The translations under genes and the position numbers were made by a program. A DNA stretch of 64,000 bases from Eledone cirrhosa (Eukaryota), in contig OZ024746.1 in the NCBI GenBank assembly GCA_964016885.1, positions 36,518,001 to 36,582,000 of the forward strand, given 5' to 3'. Position 1 is the first letter of the stretch, and the number at the start of each line of letters is the position of its first letter. The notes below the pieces were generated by a model. The model did no database searches. It was not told the DNA's origin and saw only the letters and a program-made list of their open reading frames with translations. This document shows, one piece after another, positions 58,979 through 64,000 of this stretch.

Positions 58979-59066
58979 GTATTTACTCCACTCCCTTTTT
59001 TGAGTGCTTTATATAAGTTATAAACACTTTAAGCTTGTTGAATCTCAACAAATTAAATATAACCTC

Positions 59067-59130
<64 letters not shown>

Positions 59131-59132
<2 letters not shown>

Positions 59133-59251
59133 ACGAAGGAAATGTGGTAAGGAACCAGGTGGACCATAACGCACCAAAGTACTCAATACTTGAGGTAGTA
59201 GAGTGGGTAATAGGAACCAGTAAGACCCCGACAGCTGTCGGGGTCTTACTG

Positions 59252-59256
<5 letters not shown>
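59131..59256. mobile_element. Short TA-flanked repeat, copy 3 of 3, ending in a palindrome
   Basis: Matches the family. cagtaagaccccgacagctgtcggggtcttactg is a perfect palindrome. Confidence 0.72.
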
Positions 59257-59297
<41 letters not shown>

Positions 59298-59300
<3 letters not shown>

Positions 59301-62300
59301 TGAAAAAGAACAAAGGAACTATTATGACATTATAACAAGTTTATTGCCGACAGCCGTTTCGTCCGACCCCATGGTGGGATTTATCAAGGCATATAACATG
59401 TGATTGCAAGATCATTGTTTACATCAACGTATCACTCAAGGCTAGCAGTTTGAAATTGTGGTATACATCAGCAACTCCGCTTGTGTAGTTGGGGTCTATA
59501 TTCTAAGGGGGCTCTTTTATAATAGTTGTCGGGGTCAGGGATTGAAGTTTAAAAATTAGACAATAATATATAATTTACGCATCAACATTAAACTAAAAGA
59601 CTTGGGGTCCCGTAAAGCAACTTAGAAAATCCCTCAATGAGTGCATAAAGCTTACAGGCTCAAATAAACCTACTAGACTAGAAGAAAATTAAGAGGCTAA
59701 TAAAATAAAAAAATAAAAATATAAATATAAAGTTTCCCTAAAAAATATATAAATTCCTATGAAATTCCTTCTAGAGAAAAAAAATTTGTTTCCGAAAGAA
59801 AAAAACCTTCCCCCGAGATCACGTTTACAAAATTCAGAAAACTGAATTGAAAACTAAGTTGAAAGAAACTAATCAATTAGAGGTTAATTCAGAGAGCCTT
59901 CTATAAATCTCTCAGAAAAGGCCCCTTTAATATTTCCAATAGGAACTTCTTCCGAGAGACCCTTCGAAGAATTACAATTTTAGAGAGCCTCTAAGGATAT
60001 ATATAAAAACGAATTGAGGAAAATTATACATTAAAAGTTAAAAATTAAAAAATTAAAAAATTAAAAATTACGGTATTTGGGATATCCGAGGAATTTTTAA
60101 AGGGCTGCTTCAACAGATACAACTTAGGCATAATAGATACAATAATCTAAGTAATTTAACAAATTCAATTAGGGAGCAATTCAAGGAGTTTATCAAGTTG
60201 GGCAAGATTAAAGAAAGTGGTAAATAAGAAAATACATAAGCAAAAAGACAATAATTATAAAATGTATTTTTAAGAAGGTATAAGGTAGCTTCATTGATCT
60301 AACAGTGTATTATCACGAAAAATTATTCTAAAATTATTGATACAGGATTAAAAATTATTACAAACTTATTACAAAATTACCACAAAATCATTACATAATT
60401 ATCAAATCATCATAAAATTACCACAACATTATTACAAAATTATCAAATTATCATAAAATTATCGCAAAATTATTACAAAATTATCACAAAAATATTACAA
60501 AATTATCACAAAATTATTGATACAGGATCAACAAAGACAACAATATATATTCCTGCCCAATCAACAAGTAATCAGAACACTATTAACGGTCAGGCAAAAT
60601 TAGCTCAGGGATATCGCGCGCTCGGATACTTTACACACACGCAGCAACACAGGATTAGCACAGACACAATGGTATATTCCTGCCTAAATAACAAACAATC
60701 GATTAACAATTGATGGTCAAGAAAATGTAATCAGGGATATCCCGCGCACGGATATGTACATACATACAGCAGGATGAACAGTACTGGTGACCGTGTGGGC
60801 GCGATATCCATTCTGCTTATGCAGTCATCGGCATAGCTCCAGGCACGATATCCATTATGCGTATGTCGTCATCTGCATAGCTCCAGGCGCAGCTGGTCTT
60901 GTTTAAAAGTTCATGGATCACCTGGGATTCACTATTATATGCGTGGACTCTCTGGGAGATGTACCTGTGGATCTAATAGCAAGTGGTTGCCGGAAGTGGA
61001 CCGTTCGATCTTTTAGTTTCAGGGGTTGAACGCTTTCACGATAGACGAGTCTGCGGGTTCTAAGTCCAAGGTTTCGCTACGCAGGATGTATTGGTCTACA
61101 TGCTATGTTGTTAAAAAACCAGTGTGGATTTGACTGGGGTGGTATATTACGAACTCCAAGTCCACACGCGACTGGTCAAAAGCGAAGGGCTGTCCCCTCT
61201 TGTTTGGTGTATGGGTCGGTCCCAGCTTAGATGGTGGTCGTGTTATCCCTATTCCGTCAGCCCTGTATATTCAAGACAGATCAGGGTATATATTTGCGTG
61301 TATGGTCCTGCGTCTACGTTATCCAGAGGGTCTCGCTTGTGGTATTTTCAAGTTCACATGTCATCTCCCGGTTAAGACTGCGCATGCTTCGGTGAATCTC
61401 AAGCATGGAATCTTAGGGTATCGTATTACACGGGAGGACTAGCGGAACATATACATTCTATGCTATCGCGCACGCGCTGGCCTGTGGCTACGACCGTGTC
61501 CACTCTCGGGTAGTAGCAGACAGCAGGTAGACCAGCTATACAAACCCCTGCTCAAGGGGCACAACCCCTAACTTATCGAGTGGTCAGACTTCAAGGGAGT
61601 CAACTCTCCAAGCCCATCATGTCGACCGTGGTGAAATACAAACAAATTCCTATTAGTAAAGAACTAATCACTGATAATAAATAACCAGCACAAAAGAATG
61701 GGGGGGGGCATCTATTTGGGCGGGGGTTTACTAAGGGGGGGGGGTGACTGGCTATAGGCAGGGAGCGGCTGCCATATTGGGTGCTTTGTTACTGTTTCCC
61801 TAGGCAGTTCTCGAGTTTGTTGACATACATCTCCGACGGCACCCTCTCAGATTAGTCAACGTGGTTCCAGGCCCTCACAATGTACTGCATCGCAGGCATC
61901 AGCTGCCCCCAGGGTGCCCAGCAACAGTGTTGCCACCAATCCCTGGTTGGCAAATGGGACACAGGGTCGTCTGTTCCTCACCAGAGTCCCCATCGCTAAT
62001 CGGGGAGCCGAGGCATCCATGCGGCTGGGGTTACCAAAGAGCACCCTGTACGCCAGCGGGGCCGCCACGTGCAGGACTGGGTGGTGTCATGGCTATGTGT
62101 CTGGTCTGAAGAAAAAGAAAGAGCTAAGTATGGTATGGGGCAGGACGAGAAGGTTTCTGATCTCCTGTTGAGCAAGTTGAGCCCTGAGAATACTATGGCA
62201 TGAGATTCAGATAGGCACAGGCTACAACACCTGCTCAACGAGCTATATGGAGGAGCCGTAGTAAGGCATCTCCAGCTTAGTGTGTAGGGGTTTTTTGTTT

Positions 62301-62460
62301 GTTTTAAGCTATGTATATGTCCCGCTAACGGCGTGGTATGTTTAAGCTTCTCATATTTCTGCTCTGCGTATACGCATAGAGCTTACCTAGCTACCGTCAC
62401 ATATTTGGTAAGTCAGACGTGATCATCGCGATTCACATACGACCTACCATACACCTTACT
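59298..62460 (-). mobile_element. Probable decayed Penelope-like element: GIY-YIG-like remnant, long 3' region, terminal hammerhead
   Basis: TA-flanked on both sides. The minus strand near 61250-61380 reads LNREMTCELEN...IYTLICLEYTGLT. Hammerhead at 59345-59391, and an internal aaattatcaca-like minisatellite at ~60320-60530. Confidence 0.5.
59345..59391 (-). ncRNA. Minimal hammerhead motif with a U3-A8 covariant core
   Basis: Minus strand: tgcc TTGATAA atcccaccatggggtcggac GAAAC GGCT GTC ggca. Confidence 0.65.
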
Positions 62461-62497
<37 letters not shown>

Positions 62498-62599
62498 GGC
62501 TTCTGGGATAAATGTATGAATGTAAAGGAGGTTAGTTATTCATCAAGAAATACCGGGGTTACCAACAAGAAGAGGTTGGAATGCTGATAAATGTACTTA

Positions 62600-62986
62600 T
62601 AATTGTTTCTACCTGTTGTACCCATTACGCAGTACATTACTGGTACCTTATTTTATCGACCCGCATGGACGAAATGCTAGGTTAACTTCGGCGGGATTTA
62701 AAATCAGATCGTAAAGGGACGTAACTATGCTGGAAAGCATGTCCGACCCTCTACTGATACTGCCAATTCACTGCCCTTAAATAAATATACTTATATTCGC
62801 TTCTACTTTTCGCTCAAGGCCAGCATTTATCCCAGTGTTATACTGGTACTTTATTTTATAGACCCCGTAAGGATGAAACGCAAAGTTTATCTCGGAGGTA
62901 TTTGAACTGCGATCATAAAGGGCCGTAACTCTTTACTGTAAAGCATGGCGTCCGACCCTCTGTCGATACTGCTAATCCACCACCCT
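62600..62986 (-). mobile_element. Tandem pair of tRNA-derived SINEs (62600-62778 and 62797-62986)
   Basis: Two consecutive family matches in reverse orientation. Confidence 0.88.
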
Positions 62987-64000
62987 TAAATATACTTATA
63001 ATGATGGGTAATAGGGGCAGCAGTGTGGGTCTGTAAATAGTAACACCTTTTGTGAGTGAGCTTGGGTCGTGCGTGTACATGCTGCTCCATTATTTGGGTT
63101 GGTAGACCTTTTCGGATGGGTTTCCTACTTTGAGTAGGCATCTCGGATTCTCTATTTGTTAGTATCAGTTTTGGTGTGGTAATATTCGTTTTTGTAATAG
63201 CATGTCTGTATATGTGCAGATGTGTGTATGTATTTGTGTACGTGTCATTCGGTCATTTGTGTTTTGCGAGGGGTATTTCGTTTAGGGACTCGGAGATGGT
63301 GAATGAGCTGATTACTCTCAACGTGTTCAACACTACATGTAGGTGTTTGTGTTTAGCTACCATAAGCATGGCTGCTTCTGACATATAAGTGTAACTTTAT
63401 GTTTTTTTCTCTATGTGATTTTAGTTGCGCCAAGCTAGACTCTGTGTGTGTGTGTGTATGTGTGCGTGTGCGTTTTTATGTTTGTGTAAGTGTGTTTGCG
63501 TAATCTCTTTATATTATACGGTGTTTTTATCTGAATGAGATTTGTCTGGCTTTACCATGTGTGTATATGTATATCTGGATATGAATATGTGTTCCTTTTG
63601 TGAGGTAATGTAAAAATCAAATGGGTTCCGGGAAATAGGTGCGTGCATTTTAGTAGTCGAATTCCGCAGGAAGAAAAGGAAAAAAATATTCTGTAGCTCT
63701 AATCAGAGATTGAATTGAGAATGATTTGTAAAGGAAATAAAAAGAGTGAGCGGGTGGTGTGGTGGGTGTAAATATCACTAAATGATGATGGCGTGGTGTT
63801 GTCAATGCAATAGGGTTTGATATGTTTGCAGCGGAAGGAGGTGTAAATAGTTGACATAATTCATTTCAAGGTGTTCAAATTAATTAACACGGCATTTATT
63901 GTTTTATAGCATGAGATAAATCTGTGTGTTGAGTATATTTGTTTGGTGTATGTCCGATGAAATGATGCCTACATTGTATATGGGTGGTGGGTGTATATAA

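Overview
Eukaryotic, very AT-rich, microsatellite-dense genomic DNA. The SINE, LINE and (TA)n landscape suggests an octopus-like cephalopod; this is an inference. The only host genes I can support are a cluster of short class A (rhodopsin-type, FMRFamide/peptide-receptor-like) 7TM GPCRs with single-exon coding regions: four intact ORFs, one truncated pseudogene and one orphan upstream module. The rest is mostly transposon debris. It includes several Penelope-like elements (RT/GIY-YIG) and their short fold-back 3' remnants in (TA)n tracts, many with type I hammerhead ribozyme motifs, some with variant cores. There is also a 5'-truncated CR1/L2-group LINE, a ~13 kb nest of Tx1-like, R4/Dong-like and SINE insertions strung along (TTA)n repeats, a decayed CRE-like LINE, about nine copies of a tRNA-derived SINE and a 1.45 kb palindromic fold-back element. 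Most ORFs in the track are microsatellite or antisense artefacts. Boundaries of decayed elements are approximate, and all alignments and RNA folds were done by eye.
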